Part shown: piece after piece, positions 1 to 9,238 of the stretch
Numbering within the stretch: position 1 is the first letter of the stretch
How the letters are laid out: every line of letters begins with the position of its first letter
From: an uncultured Spirochaetota bacterium
GTDB taxonomy: Bacteria; Spirochaetota; Spirochaetia; SZUA-6; Fen-1364
Length of the DNA stretch: 64,000 nt
Assembly: GCA_963845535.1 (NCBI GenBank)
Contig: CAWJSK010000011.1
Span: 29,551-93,550 of the forward strand
Direction of reading: 5' to 3'
Notes under the pieces: model-generated
Databases searched by the model: none
Seen by the model: the letters and a program-made list of their open reading frames with translations, nothing else
What the model was told of the DNA's origin: nothing
Translations under genes and position numbers: made by a program

Positions 1-1
1 C

Positions 2-496
2 CCTGAGGAGATCGGCCTGATAGCGCTTCAGCACCACGAGCGGTGGGACGGGCAGGGCTATCCCCGGAAGCTCCGCGGGGAGGACATCAACGTCTTTGCG
101 CGCGTGGTGGCGGTGGCGGACGCGTACGTCGCCATGATCAACACCAGGCCCCATCGGAACTCCATGATCGGCTACAGCGCCATGAAGAACGTGCTCAACG
201 ACAACGGGAGGCACTTTGATCCCAAGATCCTCAAGGTTTTCCTGGAGAGCATGGGGATCTATCCCATCGGGAGCATCGTACAGCTCAACAACTCAGCCAT
301 TGGCCGTGTCGTGGAGACCCACGCGGAAGCACCCTTGCGGCCCGTGGTGGAGCTCATCATCGACGAATACGGGAATACCCTCGGCGAGCGGGAGATTGTC
401 GACCTGCTGGCGAAAAAAGGGGCGTTTATCGTCAAGGCCGTGGATCCGAAATCGCTTGCCCCGGCGCCCGGAAGCCCGGCAGACAGGGGCTCGTGA
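2..496 (+). CDS. HD-GYP domain c-di-GMP phosphodiesterase, 5'-truncated by window edge
   Basis: Frame is open from position 2 and reads [11 protein letters not shown] ... VAVADAY ... RPHR ... HFDPKIL, followed by the spirochaete-type [10 protein letters not shown]-terminal domain. Confidence 0.9.
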   Translation, partial: PEEIGLIALQHHERWDGQGYPRKLRGEDINVFARVVAVADAYVAMINTRPHRNSMIGYSAMKNVLNDNGRHFDPKILKVFLESMGIYPIGSIVQLNNSAIGRVVETHAEAPLRPVVELIIDEYGNTLGEREIVDLLAKKGAFIVKAVDPKSLAPAPGSPADRGS

Positions 497-497
497 A

Positions 498-896
498 ATG
501 CACGGAAAGGGCCGCACAGTACAGGCGTTGAACCGACAATCACGGGAGAAGGGCGCGGCCGGAGAGGACCGCGCGGCTTCCTGGCTCCTGTCACAGGGGT
601 GGACCATCAGGGCGCGCAACTTCCGAAGCCGCCGAGGGGAAGTCGACATCATTGCCCAAAAAGGCTCCCAGGTGGCGTTTGTCGAGGTCAAGAGCTGGGA
701 ATCCTTGCCGCTGAGCGAGCTGGAATATGCCATCTCTGCGCGAAAACGCGCCAGGATAGAGAACGCGGCGCGCTACTATGGCGCGCTGAACCCGGGGATC
801 ACGAAACTGCACCAGCGCTTTGACGTGATTTTTCTCGGCGCGGGCGCTGACGGGATCCGTCATATCGAGGGAGCTTTCCCGGGAGGGGTCGACTGA
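498..896 (+). CDS. yraN: YraN family (UPF0102) putative endonuclease
   Basis: GAAGEDRAASWL ... RNFRSRRGEVDIIA ... FVEVK ... RFDVI motifs; start ATG 498 (TTG 528 also possible). Confidence 0.85.
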   Translation: MHGKGRTVQALNRQSREKGAAGEDRAASWLLSQGWTIRARNFRSRRGEVDIIAQKGSQVAFVEVKSWESLPLSELEYAISARKRARIENAARYYGALNPGITKLHQRFDVIFLGAGADGIRHIEGAFPGGVD

Positions 897-1033
897 TGGT
901 GCGGACTGCCAAGAAGACCGATCCCCAGAAGATCGCTGAGTTAAAGGTCAAGATTCATGATGAGGAATATCTCTTGCAAGCCATTCAGAAGATTGCCCAG
1001 GACCTCACGAAGAACCTCGAAAACGGAGAATAG
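896..1033 (+). CDS. 45-aa small protein resembling the FlgM C-terminal region
   Basis: ATG overlaps the yraN stop (TGATG); MVRTAKKTDPQKIAELKVKIHDEEYLLQAIQKIAQDLTKNLENGE; below the ORF-track cutoff. Confidence 0.7.
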   Translation: MVRTAKKTDPQKIAELKVKIHDEEYLLQAIQKIAQDLTKNLENGE

Positions 1034-1036
1034 CGG

Positions 1037-1505
1037 ATGAGCTCTCGAAGCTTTCGTCGGCGAAACAACAGGCGCAAGCACGGCAGGCCTGGCGCGGCTT
1101 CCGACGCTCATCAGCCCAGCCAGCGCGGACCCGGCGGCCACCCCCCCGGAGGCCGGCGTTCCCCCGGGGAACGGCCGCGCGGGGCGGAGACTCTGCCCGG
1201 CGCGCAACGAGCCTCCGCTCGTGTTTCCTGACTGCCCCATCTGCAAGCAGCCCGTCAAGGACCTGGCGTCGGCGTTGACGCACCGAGAAACGCGGCAGCC
1301 CGCGCATTTCGACTGCATCATGCGCGAGCTTCGGGACTCGAATGAGCTTGCGCCGCAGGAAAAGATCTGCTACCTGGGGGGCGGGGCCTTTGGAATCCTG
1401 GAGTTCCGCCAGGGGCCCAGCCGGTTCGTCATCAGGAAACGCATTCAGTACGAAGAGAAAGAGGCTGCCCAGGAATGGAAAAAGCCGCTTTTGATCTCGC
1501 TCTGA
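1037..1505 (+). CDS. hypothetical protein: basic disordered N-terminus plus CPIC...HFDC zinc-binding domain; split by a +1 frameshift
   Basis: ORF 1037-1231 (Arg-rich) overlaps ORF 1221-1505 (CPICKQP...HFDC...YLGGGAFGI); read as one gene broken somewhere in about 1140-1230. Confidence 0.6.
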
Positions 1506-1534
1506 TATTTTGCTTCGATCCCTCTTCGATCCCT

Positions 1535-2353
1535 TTACTTTGATGCTCCCCTGATCTCATCCAGGACCTGGAGAGCCTTGGCCTTTACCGTTCGAAGGTA
1601 ATTTCCCTGCGCGATCTTGACCAGCAAGCGATACGCTTCGGGGTCTTTGAGGCCGCCGGGCGTTTTTTGCGCGAGCTTTTCGATTGCAAGGCTGATGGCG
1701 TAGCCGAAGTTCTGGTCCGGCTGCGTGGGATCTTCCAGATTGTACGCGAACTCTATTGCCTGCACCGTTTCGTTGTTCTGGTTCATTCCCAGGTTGCCCA
1801 GCGCGTAGGCGGCTTCCGCTTTGACCATGGGCTCATCATCGATGAGCAGGACTCTGATGAGGGCGTTCTTGGCTTCCTCCGTTCCAACGCGGCCCAGAAG
1901 GCTGGCGGCCCGCCGGCGGACTTCCGGAAAGTCATTTATCTTGCGTCCGTTTTCCCGCGAGATCCGGCCGGACCCTTCCAGGGCCAGATACTCCAAGACG
2001 AACTCAACCTGCGCCGCATCCGAGCTGCTCAATCCCGCGTCGATTCTTTTCTCCAAATCGTCGAGCGCGCTCAGCTTGACATCACGGTCATCTGAGGTCG
2101 CTTTTTCCCTCAGGATCTGGAACTCGATGCTCTTCAGGAATAGTTCCTCTATTGTCATTTCCCGTGACCCGCCCTGGGAAGCGGTCTGCGTGCCGGATTG
2201 CCCCTGGGTGCCGCTCTGGCCGGCCGGCTGCGCCGCATCCTGCGCGGAGAGCAGGAGAGCGGGGGACAGGAAGAGCGCGGCGGCAAAAGCGCTCACGAGG
2301 AGCAGCCGCGGCGTGGCCCCTTTTTCAGCATCTCTTTTCAATGATTCTCTCAT
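1535..2353 (-). CDS. secreted HEAT-repeat protein
   Basis: Signal peptide, GQSGTQ repeats, HEAT motifs EVRRRAASLLG and MVKAEAAYALG; GGGGAG RBS upstream of ATG 2353. Confidence 0.8.
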   Translation of the reverse strand: MRESLKRDAEKGATPRLLLVSAFAAALFLSPALLLSAQDAAQPAGQSGTQGQSGTQTASQGGSREMTIEELFLKSIEFQILREKATSDDRDVKLSALDDLEKRIDAGLSSSDAAQVEFVLEYLALEGSGRISRENGRKINDFPEVRRRAASLLGRVGTEEAKNALIRVLLIDDEPMVKAEAAYALGNLGMNQNNETVQAIEFAYNLEDPTQPDQNFGYAISLAIEKLAQKTPGGLKDPEAYRLLVKIAQGNYLRTVKAKALQVLDEIRGASK

Positions 2354-2376
2354 GTCTGCTCCCCAGTCCTTTCTTT

Positions 2377-2910
2377 TCAGTCCTGGTCTGACGACCATAT
2401 TCCAACTTTCCAACGATCATCCTCACGTACCAGATAATACAGAATCACGGGATTGCCATCAATTATGCTCATTGCTTTGACGTGCGTTTTGTCCACGAAC
2501 GTGATGTCCTGCAGAGTCGCCTGGACCCTGCTGAGCACGACAACGTTCTGGAAATAATCCTTCAGGGAATGAAGAACGATCCCGCTTTTCTGCAGGACGC
2601 CGCTGCGGGAGGCGCGGTCCAGGAACTTCGGGTCGCTGGTCTTGGCGACGTAGTCAGCCGTGAGATACGACCGCCATCCCTCGTAGTCCTGCGCGTTGAT
2701 GAGAGCCGTCAGGGAGGCAATGACCTCTTTGACCTCGTCGAACGTCTTGTTGTAGAGCTCCGGCGTGACCACGAACTCCTTCTGCGAGGCGCCGTCGGAG
2801 GAGGAGTCCTGGGGTTGCGGCTGGGCCATGGCAGGCTTCGGATGCGAAACGCATGCGAAAAGCGTCATTGCAGCGGTAATCTGAATGCATATCCTCCACG
2901 CCGGGGTCAT
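2377..2910 (-). CDS. hypothetical lipoprotein
   Basis: Lipobox-like TLFAC; consensus promoter directly upstream. Confidence 0.7.
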   Translation of the reverse strand: MTPAWRICIQITAAMTLFACVSHPKPAMAQPQPQDSSSDGASQKEFVVTPELYNKTFDEVKEVIASLTALINAQDYEGWRSYLTADYVAKTSDPKFLDRASRSGVLQKSGIVLHSLKDYFQNVVVLSRVQATLQDITFVDKTHVKAMSIIDGNPVILYYLVREDDRWKVGIWSSDQD

Positions 2911-2918
2911 TGTCCACA

Positions 2919-2947
2919 ATTCTATTCACCGGCCCGCGCGTTGTCAA
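2919..2947 (-). promoter_or_regulatory. sigma70 promoter of the lipoprotein gene
   Basis: TTGACA(2947-2942)-17 nt-TAGAAT(2924-2919) on the minus strand. Confidence 0.7.
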
Positions 2948-2958
2948 AGAATTTCCCC

Positions 2959-2987
2959 TTGCAGGGGGAGGGAAGCTTCGTTATTCT
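2959..2987 (+). promoter_or_regulatory. sigma70 promoter of coaD (probably leaderless mRNA)
   Basis: TTGCAG-17 nt-TATTCT, 6 nt before ATG 2994. Confidence 0.6.
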
Positions 2988-2993
2988 GGCCGC

Positions 2994-3500
2994 ATGTTCA
3001 AGGTGCTGCTCCCGGGAACTTTTGATCCTCCCACGAACGGCCATCTCAACATCCTCCGCAGGGCGTCACGCTTGTTCGACGCCGTGCACGTGGTGATTGC
3101 CGTCAACCCGCAGAAGTCCTACCTTTTCAACGCGGAGGAGCGGCTCGGCATGATGAGCGCCCTCGCGCCAGACCTGGAGAACGTCACCGTCTCCACGTGG
3201 AACGGCCTTATCGTCGATTTCGCAGACCGGATTGGCGTCCACGTCATTGTCCGCGGCGTGCGCGCGCTCGCTGATTTCGACTACGAGTTCGAGCTCTCCG
3301 TGATGAATCGCTCGCTCAATCCCCGGATAGAGACAATCTTCCTGCCCACCGATCAGAAGTATTCCGTCATTCGATCCTCGGCCATCAAGGAAATAGCGGG
3401 GTTTGGCGGGGATATCTCCGGCATGGTGCCCCCCCTGGTGGCCAAGGCGCTCCAGGAAAAGCTTCACAGTGCCAACCGCGAGCAGACACTGACGCCTTGA
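2994..3500 (+). CDS. coaD: pantetheine-phosphate adenylyltransferase
   Basis: PGTFDPPTNGH, IVRGVRALADFDYE and SSAIKEIA motifs. Confidence 0.97.
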   Translation: MFKVLLPGTFDPPTNGHLNILRRASRLFDAVHVVIAVNPQKSYLFNAEERLGMMSALAPDLENVTVSTWNGLIVDFADRIGVHVIVRGVRALADFDYEFELSVMNRSLNPRIETIFLPTDQKYSVIRSSAIKEIAGFGGDISGMVPPLVAKALQEKLHSANREQTLTP

Positions 3501-3525
3501 CATTCGAAGAGCGTTAGTGTAGCTT
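3497..3525 (+). promoter_or_regulatory. sigma70 promoter of rpmF-acpP-rnc
   Basis: TTGACA-17 nt-TAGCTT. Confidence 0.65.
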
Positions 3526-3591
3526 TGCGTCCTGTCACGGCCGTTGCCGTGGCGTGTGTGTCTCATCACAACATAATCGGGGTGACCAGCT

Positions 3592-3777
3592 ATGGCTTTG
3601 CCGAAAAGAAGAATATCACGGGCGCGGGGACGCCAGCGGCGTTCAGCGAACCAGCGCCTCGCCGTCCCGACACTCGTGGAATGCAGCAACTGTGGGAACC
3701 GGATCATGCCGCACCGTGTATGTCCGAAATGCGGGTTCTACAGGGGAAAGCAGATCCTCAAGCCGGAAGAGATGTAA
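3592..3777 (+). CDS. rpmF: 50S ribosomal protein L32 (zinc-binding form)
   Basis: MALPKRRISRAR ... CSNC ... PHRVCPKCGFYRGK. Confidence 0.97.
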   Translation: MALPKRRISRARGRQRRSANQRLAVPTLVECSNCGNRIMPHRVCPKCGFYRGKQILKPEEM

Positions 3778-3840
3778 AAGGGAAAATGGGGAACAACTCC
3801 ACGCATTGATTGACACCATTTCAAGAGGAGGTTGAGTTCT

Positions 3841-4080
3841 ATGGACGAGCTGTTCGAGAAAATGAAAAAACTCATCGCCGACAGGCTTGAGATCGACGAG
3901 TCGAAGATCACCCTGGATTCCTCTTTCCGCCAGGACCTCGGGGCTGACAGCCTGGACACCTACGAGCTTGTTTACGCAATCGAGGAAGAGCTCGGGATCA
4001 GCATCCCGGACGAAAAGGCAAATGAGTTTGAGACCGTCAGGGACGCTTTGGACTACATCCGCACTCAGTTGAAAAAATAG
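3841..4080 (+). CDS. acpP: acyl carrier protein
   Basis: DLGADSLD phosphopantetheine site; GAGGAGG RBS. Confidence 0.97.
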   Translation: MDELFEKMKKLIADRLEIDESKITLDSSFRQDLGADSLDTYELVYAIEEELGISIPDEKANEFETVRDALDYIRTQLKK

Positions 4081-4087
4081 GAAGGTT

Positions 4088-4900
4088 TTGTTCAAAAGAA
4101 ACAGAAGAGCGCCGGCCGTCACGCTGCGGCCGGAGAGGAAAAAGGAACTCCAGCTTTTCGAACGGCATGCGGGCATCCGGTTCCGTGAGCTGGAGTTTCT
4201 CAATCAGGCGTTCACCCATCGATCTTTTGCGAACGAGCTCGGCGAATCGACGGAAAACAACGAAAGGCTGGAGTTTCTCGGGGATTCCGTGCTCGGTCTC
4301 GCCGTCAGCGAATATCTCTACACGTCCCTGCCTGACCAGCCCGAAGGAGAGCTCGCGCGCATCAAGAGCTTCGTCGTGAGTGAGGCGAGCCTTTCGGAGA
4401 TTGCCCGCGCGCTGCGGGTGGACAACTACATCCTCATCGGACGCGGGGAGGAGTACTCCGGAGGCCGCTCGAAAAAGGCCATCCTGGCGGACTGCCTGGA
4501 AGCCATCATTGGCGCGTACTACTTGGACTCGGGGTTTCAGCCCTCACGGCTGTTCGTTCATCAGATGCTGATCCCTGAGATCAACAAGGTCCTGGAAAAC
4601 AGGCATGCCAAGGACTACAAGACTCTTCTCCAAGAGTACGTCCAGAAGCGCATGAAGACCTACCCAAAATACAAGGTCGTGCAGAAGACCGGCCCGGACC
4701 ATGACCGGACGTTCTGGATCGAGGTCCACGTGGGGGACAGGTCCTTCGGGGCCGGCAAGGGCAAGAACAAGAAGGAAGCAGAGCAGGAGGCGGCGCGCAT
4801 CGCCTACGAAGGAATGCACGTGGCGCAAAACCCGGTCCGCCCCGGGCGGTCCCAAGCCGCCGCGTCCCGCGCTCGCGGGGCGCAGGGAGCCGAATCCTGA
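4088..4900 (+). CDS. rnc: ribonuclease III
   Basis: NERLEFLGDSVL signature plus dsRBD (DYKTLLQE ... GKGKNKKEAEQEAA). Confidence 0.97.
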   Translation: MFKRNRRAPAVTLRPERKKELQLFERHAGIRFRELEFLNQAFTHRSFANELGESTENNERLEFLGDSVLGLAVSEYLYTSLPDQPEGELARIKSFVVSEASLSEIARALRVDNYILIGRGEEYSGGRSKKAILADCLEAIIGAYYLDSGFQPSRLFVHQMLIPEINKVLENRHAKDYKTLLQEYVQKRMKTYPKYKVVQKTGPDHDRTFWIEVHVGDRSFGAGKGKNKKEAEQEAARIAYEGMHVAQNPVRPGRSQAAASRARGAQGAES

Positions 4901-4952
4901 CTCAGCGCCGGATCATAACGCCGCATTCCCGCGCCGCGGCGTCAGCAGCCGA

Positions 4953-6308
4953 CTAACCGCCCAGCCGTTCGCGGTGCATGCGGCCCGCGATTTCCAGGAG
5001 CTTTTCTTTTTCATTCAAACCCGGGTCCTCAAGCACGGCTTGAAGAAGCTCGTTGAGGATGACGCCCACCACGGGTCCGGGCGGGATACCGAGAGTCTTC
5101 ATGATGTCGCCGCCGTGCACCGCTAGCTGCCGAAGGCTGAATGCCCGTCCCTCCTGCTTCACCGAGTGAACGCGCGCGGCGAAGTCAGCCAGACCCTGCG
5201 GGAACGCGGCTGCGTTCTCCCGGCACATGCCAATCTGGTCAGCCCTGCGCAAGGCCATCAGGTCATCGATTTTCTCCTCGCCGACGCGCGCAATGAGGCG
5301 TCGGACCGCGGCGTCGGACCATTCCTCCTGGTAGTTGAACATGTGGTGGGTAACAAGGTGGCAAACGTCCTTCACCACCGCAAGGGGGAGCTTCAAGCGC
5401 ATCAAGATGGCTTCCACCATTTCCGCTGATACTTTCTCATGCGAATAGAACGTGGGATGGCCGTCGGGGGCCACGCTGCGCGTTCGAGGCTTTCCGATAT
5501 CGTGGAGGAGCGCCGCCATCCTCAGGATGAGCGACGCGCGCGGAGCGGCGTCACATGCGTAGAGGGAATGCGTAAACACGTCGTAGCAATGGAGGCTGCC
5601 CTGCTCGACGCCGACTCCCTCCAGCAGCTCGGGAAGGATCACGCCAAGGATTCCCGTGTCGCGCATGAGGAAAAAGCCCGCCGAAGGCAGGGGCGACTCG
5701 ATCGTTTTCAAGAGCTCGTCCCGAACACGCTCCGCCGACACCTTCGCCAGAACGCCGAGCGACCCCGGGATGGCGGCCAGCGTGGTCTCATGGATCATGA
5801 AGGAAAGCTGCGCGGCGATCCTGCACGCGCGCAACGGCCGAAGCCCATCCTCGTTGAAGCGTTCTGAGGGGTCTCCGATGGCCCTGATGAGGCGGGCCTC
5901 GAGGTCCTTGCGGCCGCCGTGCGGGTCGATGATCTTGTCCGTACGCAGGTCGCAGGCAAGCGCGTTGATGGTGAAGTCCCGGCGCGAAAGATCGTCGAAA
6001 ATGGTTGGCGCGAACGTGACGCTGTCAGGCCGCCGACCATCGCTGTACCCGGCCTCCGTCCTGAATGTGGTCACTTCAAACGTGATGTCCTTGAACAGAA
6101 CGGTCACCGTCCCGTGCTTGATGCCGGTGGGGATCACGCGGCGAAACAGGGACGTGACCTGTTCCGGGAGCGCATCCGTGGCGATGTCGTAATCCGTGTG
6201 GGCCCTTCCCATCAGCGTGTCGCGCACGGCGCCGCCGACGAGGTAGCACTGGAAGCCGGCCTCCCGAAACGGCGCGGCGAAATCTTTGACCACTTTGGGG
6301 ACTCGCAT
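4953..6308 (-). CDS. cca: CCA tRNA nucleotidyltransferase with HD domain
   Basis: LVGGAVRD, DYDIATD, RRDFTINA, EDGLR and LLHDIGK motifs. Confidence 0.92.
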   Translation of the reverse strand: MRVPKVVKDFAAPFREAGFQCYLVGGAVRDTLMGRAHTDYDIATDALPEQVTSLFRRVIPTGIKHGTVTVLFKDITFEVTTFRTEAGYSDGRRPDSVTFAPTIFDDLSRRDFTINALACDLRTDKIIDPHGGRKDLEARLIRAIGDPSERFNEDGLRPLRACRIAAQLSFMIHETTLAAIPGSLGVLAKVSAERVRDELLKTIESPLPSAGFFLMRDTGILGVILPELLEGVGVEQGSLHCYDVFTHSLYACDAAPRASLILRMAALLHDIGKPRTRSVAPDGHPTFYSHEKVSAEMVEAILMRLKLPLAVVKDVCHLVTHHMFNYQEEWSDAAVRRLIARVGEEKIDDLMALRRADQIGMCRENAAAFPQGLADFAARVHSVKQEGRAFSLRQLAVHGGDIMKTLGIPPGPVVGVILNELLQAVLEDPGLNEKEKLLEIAGRMHRERLGG

Positions 6309-6345
6309 CGCGGCTCAAGTAAACCGGTTTCGGATGGTGAGTGTC

Positions 6346-6402
6346 AACAAAAAGCCGCCCCGGAATCCACGTGCGCGCGCGCGGCCGTGGAGGGGCGGCT
6401 TT
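6346..6402 (-). terminator. rho-independent terminator of flaB
   Basis: Stem AAAGCCGCCCC (6351-6361) / GGGGCGGCTTT (6392-6402) with inner CCACG/CGTGG helix; T-rich tail on the minus strand. Confidence 0.75.
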
Positions 6403-6426
6403 CTTGAGAAACGTTCCTTTCGGGAC

Positions 6427-7299
6427 TTAGCGGAACAGCTGCAGGACGGTCTGTGGCTTCGTGTTGGCCTGCGCCAGCATGGCCGTGGAGGACTGCACAA
6501 GAATCTGGTCCTTCACGAACTCCACCATCTGCGCAGCCATGTCGGTGTCCCTGATGAGGCTCTCGGCTGCCTGGAGGTTCTCCGCCCCCACCGCCAGCCC
6601 CTTCATGGCGTACTCCAGCCTGTTCTGGTAGGCGCCCAGGTCAGCCCGCTGCTTGTTGACCAGCTTCAGCGCGTGGTCAAGCACTCCGATGGCCGCGTTG
6701 GCGTGGTCAGGAGAGGACAGCGAGATGAAGGTGGCGTTGGCAGGCAGGCCGTTTACTCCCTGGATGCCCAGGCCCTGGGCGGTCATGGTGCCAATGAACA
6801 CACGGGTCCTCTGGTCCATGTTGGCCCCGATCTGCAGCCACATGCTGCCGGTGATGGCGTTCTCCCCCGTGGGGCGGGCAAAGCGGCCGGTGAGCATGTT
6901 CATGCCGTTGAACTGGGCATGGGAGGCAATGCGGTTGACCTCGGCCACCAGCTGGGATACTTCGACCTGGATCTGCATGCGGTCCTCGTCGGAGTAGATG
7001 CCGTTGGCGGCCTGCACGGACAGCTCGCGCAGCCTCTGCATGATGTCCTGGCTCTCCTGGAGGTAGCCTTCAGCGGTCTGGATGAAGGAGATGCCGTTCT
7101 GGGCGTTGTTCTGCGCCTGGTGCAGACCACGGATCTGGGAGCGCATCTTCTCCGAGACGGCCAGCCCGGATGCGTCATCGCCCGCGCGGTTGATGCGCAT
7201 GCCGGATGAGAGCTTCTCCATGTCCTTGTCCGCCTGGATGCCGTTGAAGAACAACTGGCGGTCGGTGAAGAGAGCGCTCATGTTGTGATTGATGATCAT
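6427..7299 (-). CDS. flaB: flagellar filament core protein (flagellin)
   Basis: MIINHNMSA ... [30 protein letters not shown] ... GAYQNRLE ... MLAQAN; AGGAGG RBS. Confidence 0.98.
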   Translation of the reverse strand: MIINHNMSALFTDRQLFFNGIQADKDMEKLSSGMRINRAGDDASGLAVSEKMRSQIRGLHQAQNNAQNGISFIQTAEGYLQESQDIMQRLRELSVQAANGIYSDEDRMQIQVEVSQLVAEVNRIASHAQFNGMNMLTGRFARPTGENAITGSMWLQIGANMDQRTRVFIGTMTAQGLGIQGVNGLPANATFISLSSPDHANAAIGVLDHALKLVNKQRADLGAYQNRLEYAMKGLAVGAENLQAAESLIRDTDMAAQMVEFVKDQILVQSSTAMLAQANTKPQTVLQLFR

Positions 7300-7322
7300 C
7301 AAATCCTCCTTGAACGTGTCTA

Positions 7323-7342
7323 CCCGGACGTCCCTGTCCGGG
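7323..7342 (-). promoter_or_regulatory. CsrA-binding hairpin in the flaB 5' UTR
   Basis: CCCGGAC-AGGGAC-GTCCGGG: 7-bp stem with ANGGAN hexaloop; a second GGA lies in the SD (CAAGGAGG). Confidence 0.7.
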
Positions 7343-7357
7343 GTGATCTCCCTTCAA

Positions 7358-7384
7358 TGCTCGGAAGAATCCGGGGCGGCTTGA
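7358..7384 (-). promoter_or_regulatory. sigma28 (FliA) promoter of flaB
   Basis: TCAA-15 nt-TCCGAGCA versus consensus TAAA-N15-GCCGATAA. Confidence 0.65.
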
Positions 7385-7456
7385 GAAATTCCGTTCCAGC
7401 CCCAGCGCGTTGCAATCAACCGCTGAAACCGCTACGCTTGAAATCAAGAGACGCGG

Positions 7457-9238
7457 ATGCGGGCAAAAACCAGACTCGAAGAGTTGTCGCTGGCCCTGCC
7501 TGAGAAAGAGCGCAAAGACCTCCTGGAGAGGATTGCGAGGCGCATGGAGCGCACGGAGCCGGATGAGGCTTTCCCCGTCGAGCTGAAGGAGGACGAGCGG
7601 GACAAGCTCATCTCCCATGAGATCCAGGAAGCCGGCCTGTGGATGCGGTTCCTCCTGTGGCTGCGGATGTTCCTCACCGGACGGACCCGCAAAGAGGTCT
7701 TCATCGACCTTCGGCTCAAACAGCTGAAGTCCCATATCCAGGCGGTGAATCCCGGGCTCACTGGTTTCGAGACGCGGGACCTCGCCCCGAAGCTCGCGCG
7801 GAGGCTTTTCCAGGTCTACCAGCGCGTCAGGCCTCTTTTCTCCCTCTACCACGCCCTCAGCTCGGACAAGGGCTTCAAGGGAGACGCTTTCTCCTGGCTC
7901 GTCGAAAGGCGCCTTGAGAACGCAAAAAGCTCCCTGGAGGACTTCATTGCGGAAGACGAGATGGAGGAGCTTTTCGCCGCTTCCGGCCAGACGGAAGACA
8001 TCAGGAAAAGATTGTCAGCCCGGCTCAACGAATACGTGAGAGCCATTCCCGAGTCGTTTCTTTTCCAGCTGGAAGAGCAGGCGCGTCTTCACCTCTTTCT
8101 CGGGACAATCGTCTTCTTCCCTTTTGCAAGCTTGTTCAGGTACTTCAACCACATCCTGTCTGATTCGGACCAGGAGGAAAAGGCTCCGGACTTCGAGCAT
8201 GCCCCTGCCATGCTGACCCTCGACCTGCTGGAGAGGCTGAGCACGGTGTTTGCGCACCTCCTGGAGCTGGCTCCCGACTTTCCCTGCGCCGAAGAGCCGA
8301 TCGCCTATTACCTCAGTGTCCGCGCCGGATTGAAACCCCGGGAGGAAGGTGACACAGCCCGGGTGGAGCCGGACCTGGTACGGGTGCGCTCGGATATCCA
8401 CGCGCTCACGGCTGATATCGAGCAGTTCGAAAAGACCGTGCCGCTGCTCGACATCGTCCGCTATTTTCGGTCCGACCCGTGGTATCAGCTCGTCTCCGGC
8501 GCGCCGCAGCTGTACCTGCGCAACCTGTACTTCTCGACGCTCAAGGCGCGCCTCACGGAGGAGCTGGAGGAAAGGCTGGGCGACGTCAAGGAGAAAGTCA
8601 TTGGGAGGAAGATCCAGGAAGTCCTCAAGAGCGCGCGGCTCACAGAGCTTGCGAACCTGCGCGAGGCGCCGGAAGAAGCTCTTCGCAAGGAAGGACTGCC
8701 GTATCTCACGTGCGTCCGCAGCCTGACGCTTCTCTACAATTACCTGCTGCAGCAATTCAAGGGCACCGTGCAGGAGGCGGCGCAGCTTTTGGGAGAAACG
8801 GCGCTGGCCAACAACCGCATCACCCAGAACCGGCTCACCATGACCATATCGAACCTCGAAGACCTGGAGGCGAGGATCATCCTTTTCGACAGGTCATTCT
8901 CTCCAGACGAGGAGGACGGGAAGCAGCTCTCGCGGTTTCGGGAAAACCTTGCCACGGACCTGCTCTCGCAAAAAGGGTACCGCTCTTTCATCATCCAGAA
9001 GGACAGGGAAGGGAGGGACCTCATCGACAAGGCCAGGGAGAACCTGGCGGGCGTGCGCCGCATTTTCGAGGAGATCCGCCTGAGCACGTTCGAGAACACG
9101 CGCTCAATCCTCAAGACGCTGCATGCCTTGCGGGGCAGGAACCAGACTCTGGGGCAAATCCTCGCGACGCGCTCGGAGGCAATCGGCGCGTTCCTGCAGT
9201 TGCTCGATCAGCTCGTGGAGGTGGAGAAGGGCGACTGA
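7457..9238 (+). CDS. conserved alpha-helical spirochaete protein (DUF5312-like)
   Basis: 593-aa ORF with typical codon usage; N-terminus LSLALPEKERKDLLERI resembles this family as recalled, not verified. Confidence 0.6.
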   Translation: MRAKTRLEELSLALPEKERKDLLERIARRMERTEPDEAFPVELKEDERDKLISHEIQEAGLWMRFLLWLRMFLTGRTRKEVFIDLRLKQLKSHIQAVNPGLTGFETRDLAPKLARRLFQVYQRVRPLFSLYHALSSDKGFKGDAFSWLVERRLENAKSSLEDFIAEDEMEELFAASGQTEDIRKRLSARLNEYVRAIPESFLFQLEEQARLHLFLGTIVFFPFASLFRYFNHILSDSDQEEKAPDFEHAPAMLTLDLLERLSTVFAHLLELAPDFPCAEEPIAYYLSVRAGLKPREEGDTARVEPDLVRVRSDIHALTADIEQFEKTVPLLDIVRYFRSDPWYQLVSGAPQLYLRNLYFSTLKARLTEELEERLGDVKEKVIGRKIQEVLKSARLTELANLREAPEEALRKEGLPYLTCVRSLTLLYNYLLQQFKGTVQEAAQLLGETALANNRITQNRLTMTISNLEDLEARIILFDRSFSPDEEDGKQLSRFRENLATDLLSQKGYRSFIIQKDREGRDLIDKARENLAGVRRIFEEIRLSTFENTRSILKTLHALRGRNQTLGQILATRSEAIGAFLQLLDQLVEVEKGD

